IMG/VR virus record: IMGVR_UViG_3300045988_136773
Source of the DNA: a virus
Direction: 5' to 3' (one strand)
Length of the DNA stretch: 64,000 bases
The translations under genes and the position numbers were made by a program. Below, piece after piece: positions 43,973 through 54,594 of the stretch (within the stretch, counting starts at the first letter, position 1; each line of letters opens with the position of its first letter). The notes under the pieces are model-generated. The model searched no databases. It was not told the DNA's origin and saw only the letters and a list, made by a program, of their open reading frames with translations.

Positions 43973-44269
43973 ATGATTGCACCAAAAGATTTAAGTACAC
44001 TGTTATCTGCATCTGAGGCATTGAAATCTGCAAAAGAATCTGTAGATTCTCGTTTAGAATGTGCTGTTGCACGAGCGATAAACTATGCAGCAAATACAAG
44101 CGACGATGGAAATATTGTAGCAGATTGGAATCAACCGCTCACAGATGCTTTAATTACAAAGCTAGAATCATTAGGCTATACTGTAAAGCACAAGCTAGAC
44201 GCATATGGTAATCAGATTCAGAATTTTTATGTAATTTCGGCGTATAGTGGTGATGCACATGAATCATGA
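43973..44269 (+). CDS. hypothetical protein
   Basis: ORF track. RBS is GAGGAGGG. Confidence 0.55.
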   Translation: MIAPKDLSTLLSASEALKSAKESVDSRLECAVARAINYAANTSDDGNIVADWNQPLTDALITKLESLGYTVKHKLDAYGNQIQNFYVISAYSGDAHES

Positions 44270-44657
44270 GTATAACCGTTTTGATTTATATCCGTACTAT
44301 GACGCATTATCTAATACCACTGTAATCAATAAAAACGGGATTGAATTTTATATATGGCTGAAACTTCCAGATGATACATGTAATCAACTATCACTATTTG
44401 AGGTTATTGATTTCAATTATGCATCTGGTCCAAAGAATATAGACTTTTCTACAAAACTGTTTCGAGAAAACCATCGTCCTTGGATTCGTTTAGAGTCATC
44501 TATGCTGAATCTTGACGTTGGATATCACATTTTCAGATTTCGTTTCGTAGATATTGATCTAGATGACTATATATCTTTCTATTTTTCATATGTGGTACAA
44601 GATGACAATCCAGATAAGCCATATATGTATATGACACGAGATGAGGTGATTTCGTGA
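44259..44657 (+). CDS. hypothetical protein
   Basis: ORF track 44247..44657. ATG at 44259 follows GGTGA. Confidence 0.5.
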   Translation: MNHEYNRFDLYPYYDALSNTTVINKNGIEFYIWLKLPDDTCNQLSLFEVIDFNYASGPKNIDFSTKLFRENHRPWIRLESSMLNLDVGYHIFRFRFVDIDLDDYISFYFSYVVQDDNPDKPYMYMTRDEVIS

Positions 44658-45361
44658 TATCTATTTATGCTTCAAAAATGTTCAAATCTAGCAAGCACCA
44701 AGAAAAAGTGCTTGCAGCATTATGTGCATTTGAAAACGCTGAGCTTGTTAAGCAACTTGAAGAGTATTTGGATGATGAATACAAGCCTATGGACGATTGT
44801 AAACCATCTGAATCAGATGACACAAGTTCTGACAATGCTGTAAATCATGACAAACCTGAATCCACAAATCCATCTCCTATTAGACCTGTATCTAAAAAAT
44901 CTAATTTGAGTTCTAAAATCTCAGATTTAGATAGTGAGTTGAATCCAGATTCTGAAGATGATTCTGGCCCCGCATCTGATACTGCTGTAGAAGATTCATC
45001 TATAGATTCAAGTTCTATTACATCTCAAAAATCTGTAACTGCAAATACTACATTACAGAATCCACTTATTGTGACTCAAAACTTGTACAGCAGTCTTGTT
45101 GGTGAATTGAAAGGTACACTCAATGCACGATCCGAAACATCCGGTGTATCACGAATTGCTATAAAGTCAGAAGAACTATGGATTTATTATAATGATGATG
45201 TAAATCTAAATTCTATGATGCCAAATGTCATCGACGTTCTAAATGCGGCTAACTATTACTACTTGGTATTTAATCGACTTGCAAGAACAGATAATGCTAT
45301 TGTATTTGACTTAACAACTACAGATACAAATAATTCTGTGGATGGTGTACAGAATGACTGA
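44654..45361 (+). CDS. hypothetical acidic Ser/Asp-rich protein (scaffold-like composition)
   Basis: ORF track. GTG start after GAGGTGA. Confidence 0.45.
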   Translation: MISIYASKMFKSSKHQEKVLAALCAFENAELVKQLEEYLDDEYKPMDDCKPSESDDTSSDNAVNHDKPESTNPSPIRPVSKKSNLSSKISDLDSELNPDSEDDSGPASDTAVEDSSIDSSSITSQKSVTANTTLQNPLIVTQNLYSSLVGELKGTLNARSETSGVSRIAIKSEELWIYYNDDVNLNSMMPNVIDVLNAANYYYLVFNRLARTDNAIVFDLTTTDTNNSVDGVQND

Positions 45362-45674
45362 TAAATCACTTCCACTTGTAGAAGATATCGATTTTCATTA
45401 CTTACTAGGTTTGCTTCCTCCACTTGAAAACATTCCGGAATTTGCATGGCTACCAGAGTTATTTTCAATTATTGGGGCAGAAAGTCTGATAACTTTATCA
45501 AAATATGCAGGTGGAGAAACTATTAAGATTCCTACCATAGCACAATTATCAAACAGTATTTTAGCATTACAGTATTTTTACGATTGCTATATATCAAATA
45601 AGATCCAGGCATCTGAAATACCAGATTCTATGCACAGTACCGTTGCAAAAATAAAGGAAATATACGATGCTTGA
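45354..45674 (+). CDS. hypothetical protein
   Basis: ORF track 45342..45674. ATG at 45354 overlaps the upstream stop. Confidence 0.5.
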   Translation: MTDKSLPLVEDIDFHYLLGLLPPLENIPEFAWLPELFSIIGAESLITLSKYAGGETIKIPTIAQLSNSILALQYFYDCYISNKIQASEIPDSMHSTVAKIKEIYDA

Positions 45675-45873
45675 AACAATATCTGAAATGACGAAGTCCG
45701 ATGCGATTCCATTTTACGATTATTATTCTAAGTATATGTCAGATGTGCAAGACAGCGATATAGATTTAGAGTTACATCGACTTCAAACAGTTAATAATCT
45801 TACAACTAATTCTATGATACAACTTGTAAATAGAATGGTTTTTGGTGGTGATGAAAATGATCCCTGCATCTAA
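45667..45873 (+). CDS. hypothetical protein
   Basis: ORF track. Coupled to its neighbours. Confidence 0.45.
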   Translation: MLETISEMTKSDAIPFYDYYSKYMSDVQDSDIDLELHRLQTVNNLTTNSMIQLVNRMVFGGDENDPCI

Positions 45874-46165
45874 ATTACAAAATAGTTATGTGAGCATATA
45901 TGCTTGCATGCGTAATTATATTTGGGATTTTCAAACAGTTGAAGCTCTTGCAGATTTAGAGATTGAAACCTATAAGAGATTTCCTAATCTTGATGTACTT
46001 GCTAGTGATTTTATAAAGTTGAAATCTCTGGTTGGATCAACAGATGTATATCACGATGACGATGAGTTTCAAAAAAGTTTTGAAAAATATGAGAATCTTT
46101 TAAATGATACTGATTCTATATATGCAAATCTGAAAACTTTCAGAAAGGTGGTAGTTGTAGCATGA
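45857..46165 (+). CDS. hypothetical protein
   Basis: ORF track 45842..46165. ATG at 45857 follows GGTGGTGA. Confidence 0.5.
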   Translation: MIPASKLQNSYVSIYACMRNYIWDFQTVEALADLEIETYKRFPNLDVLASDFIKLKSLVGSTDVYHDDDEFQKSFEKYENLLNDTDSIYANLKTFRKVVVVA

Positions 46166-46359
46166 GTATTAAGGTGAAAAAGACAAAGAAGCAGACTATT
46201 TCAGCGTCAAAATCTACTAAAAACTCAGGCAAATACACTGATGCGACAGATTCTATTACTGCTGCTATCTATGCACTCGGTGATAGTGCAAAATCTGGTG
46301 ATATTCTTGCACGAGAATCTATTGCAAATTTAAGTGTTATTTTGTTTGAACTTCAGTAA
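46162..46359 (+). CDS. hypothetical small basic protein
   Basis: ORF track. ATGA overlap with the upstream gene. Confidence 0.45.
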   Translation: MSIKVKKTKKQTISASKSTKNSGKYTDATDSITAAIYALGDSAKSGDILARESIANLSVILFELQ

Positions 46360-46366
46360 CTGACTG

Positions 46367-46897
46367 GTGGTGAATACATTGAGCATCAAAACCGTTGATG
46401 ACAATACTGTTCTGAATCCGCTGTATCAACGACAGAAAGAGGATGTGTGCAAAATGCGTACATCCTTATTGGCATGTACAGATGCCAATGGTGGATCTAC
46501 TAGACAGGCGCTTCAAAATATAACCGCTATGCGTGTATATCACCAGCTTATGAGGATCATTCGATACACAGAACTTATGGACAAGCTAGAGGATAAATTG
46601 TATAGTTGCATCGATTCTGCAATTGATTCTGCATCCAGTTCTGATCCTACAACGTGGATGATGCTTCTAAAAATACAAGAGAAACTACAGAAAAGTATGA
46701 TTGAATCTCATAAGTTGCTACAGCCATATCTTGATATTAAAGAATTTACTGTAGTAGAGCTTGCTCCAGACGATACAGATAGTTCAAAATCTGATAGTTT
46801 GCTGAGCCCAGAAGAGCGAGATAGTGTACGTTCAAAGGCACAATCACTCATGCTAGAATTAAAGAATCTAGATGCAGGCGGTGATTCAGATGGATGA
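46367..46897 (+). CDS. hypothetical protein directly upstream of terL (possible small terminase; start may be TTG at 46379)
   Basis: Assigned by position only. Confidence 0.3.
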   Translation: MVNTLSIKTVDDNTVLNPLYQRQKEDVCKMRTSLLACTDANGGSTRQALQNITAMRVYHQLMRIIRYTELMDKLEDKLYSCIDSAIDSASSSDPTTWMMLLKIQEKLQKSMIESHKLLQPYLDIKEFTVVELAPDDTDSSKSDSLLSPEERDSVRSKAQSLMLELKNLDAGGDSDG

Positions 46898-48812
46898 TGT
46901 CGCTTGTAATGATATTTTAGATCGTATTCGCGGAATATACTCTAGTTCTACACCAGAGGAAAAATCATATTTGCGTAAAATATTGGAGGAAATATCCGAT
47001 ACCGGATATTCTCCAACATATGAGCAAATTTGGTTAGAGGATTTCAAAGAGATTCCTGTTACAATTGATACTTTTATAGAATCCGAAACGTATCTTGGAA
47101 AAACCAATAGATGCGGTAAAGCAGTATATCCATTTTGGAGAAAAGAACTTCGGCGGATGTTTGACGCTGGAAACAAGTATCATGAATGGGTTTTAACTGG
47201 TGCTACTCGTATCGGTAAATCATCCACAGCGATTACAGGTACAGCATACATGCTATATCGATTAATGTGTTTGAGAGATCCACAAAAATTCTTTGGTAAG
47301 AAAGATATTTCTAAATTTTCGATTCTGTTTTTTAACATTACAAAGGATCTTGCAAAGGGTGTAGCATTCCGTGAGTTCAACGATACGTTGAAAGCCAGTC
47401 CATGGTTTAACGCTCATGGTACATTTTCAAGAAGTGATAGAGATTTCTACTATATCCCAGAGGGTGGAAAAATTGTAATCGATTATGGTTCTGATGCGTC
47501 ACATGCACTTGGTCAGCAGGTTTTTGTTGGATTTTGCGATGAAATAAACTTCTCACAGGCTGGCGTAAAGGATGTAAACAAAGCAAAAGCACACATGCGA
47601 GAGACCTATAATACGATATCAGCTCGTGTGAAAGGCACGTTCAAACATGGCGGTGAAGTTTTCGGAAAACTGTTTGCTGTCAGTTCCAAACGTAGTGATA
47701 GCGACTTCATGGAGTCCTATGTACAAGAGCAGTTAGCTGCTGGGGCAGGAGATCATATGATGATAACTGACGCTCCACAGTGGGAAGTATTGCCACCAGA
47801 AACATTCTCAAAAGAAAAATTCTACATTGCTGTAGGGGATAGGCATCATCGAGGATTTGTTATACCAGACAATCAATGCTTTCCAGAAGCATTAGATGAT
47901 TTAAAGCAACAAGGGTATACCATTTTAACACCACCTGTTGATATGAGATCTGATTTTCTAGCAGATTTTGAAATTGCACTACGAGATTTAGCTGGTATTG
48001 CAAACGTCGGAGCATTGTCATTTATTACACAGGAATCTTTAACCTTGTGTATAAATAAGAATCGAAGAAATCCATTTTATAATGATATTCTTCAAATTGG
48101 TGTACATGATGCTTACACCATCGAAGAGTTTTTTCATGAAGATGCTGTTCTCCCAGAATTCAAGCATACATCTATCTATATTCATCTTGACTTGTCATTG
48201 AATGGAGATAGAACTGGTATATCTGGATGTGGTATTACAAACAGAAAAGATGTTACTGGAAAAGACGGTAGTAGAGTGTCACTCCCATTTTTAACACATA
48301 TGTTCTCTGTCGCAATTGAGGCACCAAGAGGAGATAAAATTCCATATAGTAAGATACTTGCTTTTATATGTTGGCTTAGAGATCGTGGCTACGATATTCC
48401 TATTGTATCTCGTGACCAGTTTCAGAGTGAATACATAGGTCAACAGTTGGAACAAGAGGGATTTGATTCTCCCAAAATATCATTAGATAGAACACCAGAC
48501 GGCTATATAGCACTTCGAGACATTTTGATAGATCAAAGAGTCGATATGTTAGACAGTACTCTCTTACAAGATGAACTTGTACATCTACAAAGAGATAGTG
48601 TTACAGGAAAGGTGGACCACCCGGTTGGTGGAGGAAAGGATCTGGCCGATTCCTTTGCCGGATGCATTTGGGACGCTATCTTACAGAATCCTGGAACATC
48701 TATTCCTATTCAATCTATTGGACCAGCAATTCTTGGTGTAAATAAATCTAACCGATCTAATCATTACGGCAACTCGGTAATGAGTACGCTTGCAAGCATG
48801 TATAAAAGATAA
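46890..48812 (+). CDS. terL: terminase large subunit
   Basis: Walker A LTGATRIGKS, Walker B VFVGFCDEINF and the nuclease-domain acidic motif HLDLSLNGDRTG are present. Confidence 0.85.
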   Translation: MDDVACNDILDRIRGIYSSSTPEEKSYLRKILEEISDTGYSPTYEQIWLEDFKEIPVTIDTFIESETYLGKTNRCGKAVYPFWRKELRRMFDAGNKYHEWVLTGATRIGKSSTAITGTAYMLYRLMCLRDPQKFFGKKDISKFSILFFNITKDLAKGVAFREFNDTLKASPWFNAHGTFSRSDRDFYYIPEGGKIVIDYGSDASHALGQQVFVGFCDEINFSQAGVKDVNKAKAHMRETYNTISARVKGTFKHGGEVFGKLFAVSSKRSDSDFMESYVQEQLAAGAGDHMMITDAPQWEVLPPETFSKEKFYIAVGDRHHRGFVIPDNQCFPEALDDLKQQGYTILTPPVDMRSDFLADFEIALRDLAGIANVGALSFITQESLTLCINKNRRNPFYNDILQIGVHDAYTIEEFFHEDAVLPEFKHTSIYIHLDLSLNGDRTGISGCGITNRKDVTGKDGSRVSLPFLTHMFSVAIEAPRGDKIPYSKILAFICWLRDRGYDIPIVSRDQFQSEYIGQQLEQEGFDSPKISLDRTPDGYIALRDILIDQRVDMLDSTLLQDELVHLQRDSVTGKVDHPVGGGKDLADSFAGCIWDAILQNPGTSIPIQSIGPAILGVNKSNRSNHYGNSVMSTLASMYKR

Positions 48813-48835
48813 TATTTTCTGAAAGGTGAATGACT

Positions 48836-50404
48836 ATGTATAAGAGAAACCTTCTCAAACCTGGAGATTATGTATTAGCTGTTCCAGTCGGCTTACATTT
48901 GACACTAGAGTATAATACATCCGGAAATCTAGCTCGTGTATATAAGGGCTTTAATTTAGATAAGCAAGATGTTACATCAAAACTGATGATGCCTTTACTT
49001 GCTAGCAATACTGTTCCAGGGAAGATTCATATTACATCTGGAAAAACATGGGTAACAGGTGTTTTATATACTGGAACTCAGTTTTCTGCATCTGGGGATC
49101 TTCCACAGGCTGTGTATGATTCACTTGTTGATTCATATTTGAAATACCCAGACAAGTTTAACTTTTTCGCTGCTACTGCCGAAAGTACAATTGTACCATT
49201 AAAGGGTGCAAATCAAATGCGTTCTACATTAATGATAGATAATTTTCATTTGTTGCCAGCATGGGTTGCACCTGCAAATGTATCAGATGATGCATTCACA
49301 AAGTGGATTAATAGCGATAGATTTCCATTCAATGATCCGATTATATCTGACTGTATTATTTTTAGAGGATCAGATATTTTATATGAGTCTTTACAATTGA
49401 AACAATTCACTGTGGATCATATCGAAAAATATGTGGATGATAATGGGTACATTAAAGCAAGAGTATATAATACTGATAATAATGTCCCGATAGCATACGA
49501 TTATTCCGACATTGTACGATGGAGCATTGGTACAAACTCCTTATTGGTGTTGGATTCTGATAATCAGCCAGTGCATTCAAAGTATATTGGTAGATGGAAG
49601 GCTGAAAAAAGAAGCAATACGCTAACTTGCTCATTTTGTGGAAAAGCTTTTTCTGTACCATCTAGTGGATATGTACAATGTTCTGATCCACATTGTACGT
49701 CTAAACTACTGAGCAAAGTCACACACTTTCTTTCAGTTCTCCGGATGGATGTTCCGAAGAGTACAACGATTCTTGCTTTGATAAAAAGTCACACCTTGAC
49801 TTGTATTCCAGATTTATTTCTTTTGGACACTTATGCAAATAAAAGGGTAGAGACCACACTTGCATGCATTTTACGAGCATTTATTCCTGTAAAGCTCATT
49901 ACAAATGATGATGTGTTTACATTGTTTGCAAACGCTTGCAATAACAATATTAAAACATTCCTCTATTATGCCCAGAATACAGATTGTATAGCATCTGATC
50001 TAGGTATAAAGCATCCGGATCTAAATAAATTGATAATGTGGTTCCATGATCCTTGTAATCTATCTGATCTTACCACTGTTGTCACGAGTGTACAAATTAT
50101 TTTTCATAACCAGGACAAGCGATTCAATGGAGCACCTATTTTCCGAGGTAAAACAATTTGTCTGACAGGCGATTTTGTGCATGGTAGTATCACAGATGTA
50201 TCAGCTATTCTAAGTAGTTATGCTGCACACGTCACCACACACTTTACATCTGACGTAGATTGTGTAATTACCGGATCTGTTCGAGAGAATATTGATAGCA
50301 AAGTTGTATCAAGTGCTAGATCCTATAATATTCCTATATTTGACGAAACCTCATTCTTTGCTGAATATGAAATAGATACAGATTTGCAATCTGTAATGTC
50401 ATAA
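48836..50404 (+). CDS. NAD-dependent DNA ligase (LigA)-like protein, apparently lacking the KxDG adenylation lysine
   Basis: A LigA-type zinc finger (CSFCGKAF..CSDPHC) and a BRCT-like end (FRGKTICLTGDF..DCVITGS..YNIPIFDE) are present. The motif I position reads AVPVGLHLTLEY. Confidence 0.5.
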   Translation: MYKRNLLKPGDYVLAVPVGLHLTLEYNTSGNLARVYKGFNLDKQDVTSKLMMPLLASNTVPGKIHITSGKTWVTGVLYTGTQFSASGDLPQAVYDSLVDSYLKYPDKFNFFAATAESTIVPLKGANQMRSTLMIDNFHLLPAWVAPANVSDDAFTKWINSDRFPFNDPIISDCIIFRGSDILYESLQLKQFTVDHIEKYVDDNGYIKARVYNTDNNVPIAYDYSDIVRWSIGTNSLLVLDSDNQPVHSKYIGRWKAEKRSNTLTCSFCGKAFSVPSSGYVQCSDPHCTSKLLSKVTHFLSVLRMDVPKSTTILALIKSHTLTCIPDLFLLDTYANKRVETTLACILRAFIPVKLITNDDVFTLFANACNNNIKTFLYYAQNTDCIASDLGIKHPDLNKLIMWFHDPCNLSDLTTVVTSVQIIFHNQDKRFNGAPIFRGKTICLTGDFVHGSITDVSAILSSYAAHVTTHFTSDVDCVITGSVRENIDSKVVSSARSYNIPIFDETSFFAEYEIDTDLQSVMS

Positions 50405-50416
50405 TGGGGTGATACC

Positions 50417-51898
50417 GTGAGTAGATTACTTGATAAACTAAATAAGAGCATAACTAAGCATGATGCTGTTTCTTATATAAGATCTATTGTTACCGGGTCT
50501 GTATTTCGGACGACTGATACAAGAGGTAATACTAGCATAACCGATATTAAATCTAAAATTGATACAATGCGAGGTCTTGCAAGGGATTCTCAAATTGCGA
50601 CAGCATTGTCCTATTATGCTACAGATGCTACTACAACGAATACATCTGGGCAAATTTTATGGGCTACATCTGATAACAAACAGTTAGCTGATATCATAAA
50701 TGGTCTTTTCAAGAAATGGAATATCAATTCTTACGCAAGAGACCATATTTTAGAACTTGCAACTATTGGTAACTTATATATACCAACAACAGATATGTAT
50801 AAGGAGTCCACTTATTCTACAAAACAGATTGGTATAGCCTTAGACAATAATACTATTCCAAACAGAGATTTTGATATTATTCCATCATATAAAATCCCTC
50901 CAGAAGATGTTCTGCATTTGTGGTATCAGGGACAACCATGCGGTTATATGTACGCACCAGATGATGATTTTAGCGGACACATTCGCTATCCTGAATCATC
51001 GATCATACACTTCTCTTTGGGTGGAATATTAGGTGACTACACAATTGACACCAAACAAGCTGATGGATCTGTAAAGACATGGGATATCATGTTTGCTGAA
51101 CCACTTATGAGCAATGCAATTTCACCTACACAGACATTAAATTTGTTAGAGGATGCAACACTACTTTCATCTTTGAGTCGTGTAGTGCGCTTTGTAAATG
51201 TAGACTGCGGTGATTCAAATGACGAAGAGGCTGTTACCGCATATTTGCAACAAATTAAAGATGCGATTGAGCAAAATCTGTCTATCAATACGTCTACTGG
51301 AGACGTTCAAAGCTTTGTAAATCCACAAAGCCCGAATAATTTAATTTACCTTCCAAAACGTAAAGGTCAAGATATTGTATCTATAACAGATTTGAACATG
51401 GCTGACTTTACAGAGGCTGATAATAACTTGTTGGAATATTATCAAAACAAGAAACTATCTGTTCTCGGTGTGCCAAAAGAAGCAATGAACTTTTCATCTA
51501 ATGAGGGTTTAGGCGGTGCTGGTTCTGTTATGTCACAGCGTTCTGCTCTATACGCTAATATTCTGACAAGAATAGAAACTGCATACAAAGCAGGGTGGAC
51601 GAGTGCATTGAATACATATTTCAAGTCAAATAATATGAGTGCATATGCTGATAACTTTGAGCTACACATGAATCCGATCATTACAACTCAATCTACAATT
51701 CAGTTTGACAGACGTGATTCTGCACTGAGTCAAGCGGATACATTTGTAAATGTTCTAAAGAATTTAGGTGTCACAAAATCAGATGCATACAGAGAAGGAC
51801 TATCTGAGATCCTCACAGAGGGATTTCCTCAAATGGGATCAGACGCTAATGGTTGGCGGTTAAATTTGGAAGAAGGAGATGATACAAGTGAACTCTAA
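50417..51898 (+). CDS. portal protein
   Basis: 493 aa, near terL. GTG start after GGGGTGA. No specific motif was verified. Confidence 0.55.
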   Translation: MSRLLDKLNKSITKHDAVSYIRSIVTGSVFRTTDTRGNTSITDIKSKIDTMRGLARDSQIATALSYYATDATTTNTSGQILWATSDNKQLADIINGLFKKWNINSYARDHILELATIGNLYIPTTDMYKESTYSTKQIGIALDNNTIPNRDFDIIPSYKIPPEDVLHLWYQGQPCGYMYAPDDDFSGHIRYPESSIIHFSLGGILGDYTIDTKQADGSVKTWDIMFAEPLMSNAISPTQTLNLLEDATLLSSLSRVVRFVNVDCGDSNDEEAVTAYLQQIKDAIEQNLSINTSTGDVQSFVNPQSPNNLIYLPKRKGQDIVSITDLNMADFTEADNNLLEYYQNKKLSVLGVPKEAMNFSSNEGLGGAGSVMSQRSALYANILTRIETAYKAGWTSALNTYFKSNNMSAYADNFELHMNPIITTQSTIQFDRRDSALSQADTFVNVLKNLGVTKSDAYREGLSEILTEGFPQMGSDANGWRLNLEEGDDTSEL

Positions 51899-52223
51899 TC
51901 AAGCATCTATATCAAATCTATTTTTCCATGATTTGAAGTTGTACAATAGCACAAATTTCAGAACATTGTGCAGATCTGATTTGACATCAGTTACACCAGA
52001 AACTGTAAAAGCGTTCAGTAGTGTAATTACACGATATTTTATTTTCGCTGAAAAGCATCCTGAAATTTCTGATTTACAACTGAGAATGTTGTACTTCCAG
52101 TTAAAGCTTGATATGATTGGACGGTATTTTGCAAATTATCCGAATGTAAACTCAGATGATCTAATTGCATTTCAGACAGAGCTAAAATACTACGTTGCAG
52201 AAGATGGTGATTCTGATGTCTGA
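51888..52223 (+). CDS. hypothetical protein
   Basis: ORF track 51879..52223. GTG at 51888 lies 9 nt after AGGAG. Confidence 0.45.
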   Translation: MNSNQASISNLFFHDLKLYNSTNFRTLCRSDLTSVTPETVKAFSSVITRYFIFAEKHPEISDLQLRMLYFQLKLDMIGRYFANYPNVNSDDLIAFQTELKYYVAEDGDSDV

Positions 52224-52833
52224 GCCTTTACGATATAATATTTCAGATTGGCACCAATTATCTGGATGCCAATCCAATAATAGCCGTGATTTACGAATAT
52301 TTGTATCTGATTTTATTCAGGATAGTCGTCTTGTAGGACTTCGTATTCAGATATGTCATGCAGATTTTGGAATCCTATTCTCGTGCATTTTGAATGCGCG
52401 TGGCAGTCTTGTATCTAAACTTGGAAGTCAGATTGCTTATGAACTATCAACAGATACGATTCTTTCGATATTGAGCAAGTATGGATTTCTTATCACATTC
52501 AATCCTAAAGCACATTTACCACAAGATCAGTTAGCTTATCTGAAATCTATACAAGCATTTGGATTTGATAAGATTCGCGTAATATCAGTTCCAAGTTTTG
52601 AGAACAGCATAAAAATCTCAAAATCTCATATTGTGGCATTTAATGTTGACAAGAATCCGAAATGGATAGATAACTTGTACTCTCCATCATACAAAGAGTT
52701 TCGTGTAAGCCTTGAAACTGGAAGTACAATTATTTTATCAAGAATTTCTGATACAAATAAATGGTCTTGGGGTTGGTTAGATTATGTAGCGTCAATCGAT
52801 GATATTCTAAAAGATAATATGGATGGTGAATAA
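52216..52833 (+). CDS. hypothetical protein
   Basis: ORF track 52195..52833. ATG at 52216 overlaps the upstream stop. Confidence 0.5.
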   Translation: MSEPLRYNISDWHQLSGCQSNNSRDLRIFVSDFIQDSRLVGLRIQICHADFGILFSCILNARGSLVSKLGSQIAYELSTDTILSILSKYGFLITFNPKAHLPQDQLAYLKSIQAFGFDKIRVISVPSFENSIKISKSHIVAFNVDKNPKWIDNLYSPSYKEFRVSLETGSTIILSRISDTNKWSWGWLDYVASIDDILKDNMDGE

Positions 52834-52835
52834 TT

Positions 52836-53078
52836 GTGGATAACAAAGCAATTGCAATTGTAACTGAATATGTTAAGAGTCATTTAGATGTAACAGATGG
52901 TAACATTGATTTTGGAGTGTATACAGTATGGAAATGCAAAGCACTTCAGAATTGGAAGTATCTGTTGTCTACCACATTGTTCGATGGTATGTACTATGAA
53001 CTGACATATAATGGTGACAAGCACGAGTGGTACCTTGACGCTTACAAGAAGTTTGAGAACAAAGTGATTACAGAGTGA
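52836..53078 (+). CDS. hypothetical protein
   Basis: ORF track. GTG start after GGTGA. Confidence 0.5.
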   Translation: MDNKAIAIVTEYVKSHLDVTDGNIDFGVYTVWKCKALQNWKYLLSTTLFDGMYYELTYNGDKHEWYLDAYKKFENKVITE

Positions 53079-53091
53079 TAGGAGTTAAATT

Positions 53092-53385
53092 ATGAAAAAG
53101 CTATTCATTTCACAGCCGATGCGTGGTAAATCCGACGAACAGATCATTGCAGAACGACGTACTGCAATTCAGACTGCAATGCATTATTTGAATGAAGATG
53201 TAGAAGTCATTGACAGTTTCTTTAAAGCTGCACCACATGACGCAAAGCCATTGTGGTTCCTTGGCAAGTCATTAGAACTTTTGTCCACTGCTGATGTAGT
53301 ATATTTCGCTGACGGATGGCAGGATTATAGGGGATGTAAAATTGAGCATGATTGTGCTGAAGCCTATGGTATCAAAATTTTATAA
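53092..53385 (+). CDS. DUF4406 / nucleoside 2-deoxyribosyltransferase-fold-like protein
   Basis: MKKLFISQPMRGKS.. and ADVVYFADGWQDYRGCKIEHDCAEAYGIKI fit the DUF4406 pattern as remembered. Confidence 0.4.
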   Translation: MKKLFISQPMRGKSDEQIIAERRTAIQTAMHYLNEDVEVIDSFFKAAPHDAKPLWFLGKSLELLSTADVVYFADGWQDYRGCKIEHDCAEAYGIKIL

Positions 53386-53400
53386 TTCTGGTGATGTACT

Positions 53401-53937
53401 ATGCAAAATAATCTTATAGGTCCTGACATACAGCTGATGCGTGATCGCTATGACGAAGCTCTAATCTTACAAGGAATCCAATGTAAATATCAATATCCTT
53501 TATTTGCAGATTCCAATGCACAAGGTGAGTCTGTTATAGATAGCTATTCAGAAATGATTCACACACAGATATTTTTTGACGGAAATCCAAAGGTCAAAAC
53601 ATATAAACGACTCGGATGGGTAGTTGAAAATGATAAGGACTTGCCATTTTTGGTACATTGCAGCTTTAATTTACAAAACTTGCAAAAAGACTGCTTATTT
53701 CATATATCCGGTCAGTATACTGGTATGCCAGATCGAACATTCCGTGTTACAGAGTTGACATGTGATATACAAGCACCGGATCATATGATTGCACAAGTAA
53801 TTCCTGTATATGATAAACAGACTGTAGGACGTACCAGAAAAGAAATTGCAAAGACATTTGATAAATCAAATTATTTCCTACAAGATCCGATAGATTATCG
53901 AGGAACTTATGTATCAGAGTTGCCAGGTGATAGATAA
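53401..53937 (+). CDS. hypothetical virion (neck or tail-completion region) protein
   Basis: Assigned by position upstream of the sheath gene. Confidence 0.4.
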   Translation: MQNNLIGPDIQLMRDRYDEALILQGIQCKYQYPLFADSNAQGESVIDSYSEMIHTQIFFDGNPKVKTYKRLGWVVENDKDLPFLVHCSFNLQNLQKDCLFHISGQYTGMPDRTFRVTELTCDIQAPDHMIAQVIPVYDKQTVGRTRKEIAKTFDKSNYFLQDPIDYRGTYVSELPGDR

Positions 53938-53949
53938 GGTGGTGAATTT

Positions 53950-54564
53950 GTGCTATACCTATATGATAATGCAATTGTGGACGATTTGATGCGTAGCTTT
54001 AACCCAAATCATGTAGAAAATCCAGTTGTTAAAGTGATTTCTCCAGAACAGATTATAGGACTAGCTGCACAAATTCAAGATGACAGTGTATCATTTCCAA
54101 TTGTAGCACTAGATCGAGATGATAATACATCCATTGACGCAGATCGAATGAATTTTACACGAGCACATTTTGGGGTATCTTCAGTTTTAGATACTGAAAC
54201 TAATAATTTATACTATGAGAAAGCAATACCAGTTAAGCTATCTTATGGTTTAACTCTGTTGACTACAAACACAGCAGACAGAGATGAGTTATTAAAGGAA
54301 CTGATGTTCAAATACATGAATATGTATTATTTGACTATACAGTTGCCGTACTACTGTAAACGTAAGATTCGATTTGGTGTAACAATTGACACTAATTCTG
54401 AGATTCAGCATTCCTCTGGAAGTTTTGACTATCTGGAAAGTGGTAAATTGTATCAAACGATACTACCATTGCAGTGTGAAGGGTGCGTGCTTGTAAGCTA
54501 TACTCCTGTGAAATTAAAACGAGTTACACATTCTGTAAATGCTGAACTAATCGATAAATCGTAA
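53950..54564 (+). CDS. hypothetical virion (neck or tail-completion region) protein
   Basis: Assigned by position upstream of the sheath gene. GTG start after AAGGTGGTGA. Confidence 0.4.
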   Translation: MLYLYDNAIVDDLMRSFNPNHVENPVVKVISPEQIIGLAAQIQDDSVSFPIVALDRDDNTSIDADRMNFTRAHFGVSSVLDTETNNLYYEKAIPVKLSYGLTLLTTNTADRDELLKELMFKYMNMYYLTIQLPYYCKRKIRFGVTIDTNSEIQHSSGSFDYLESGKLYQTILPLQCEGCVLVSYTPVKLKRVTHSVNAELIDKS

Positions 54565-54578
54565 ACCTTATATATCGT
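54564..54578 (+). promoter_or_regulatory. conserved phage motif AACCTTATATATCGT (copy 4)
   Basis: Starts at the last base of the preceding stop codon, 16 nt upstream of the GTG at 54595. Confidence 0.45.
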
Positions 54579-54594
54579 CATGTGAGGTGATATT

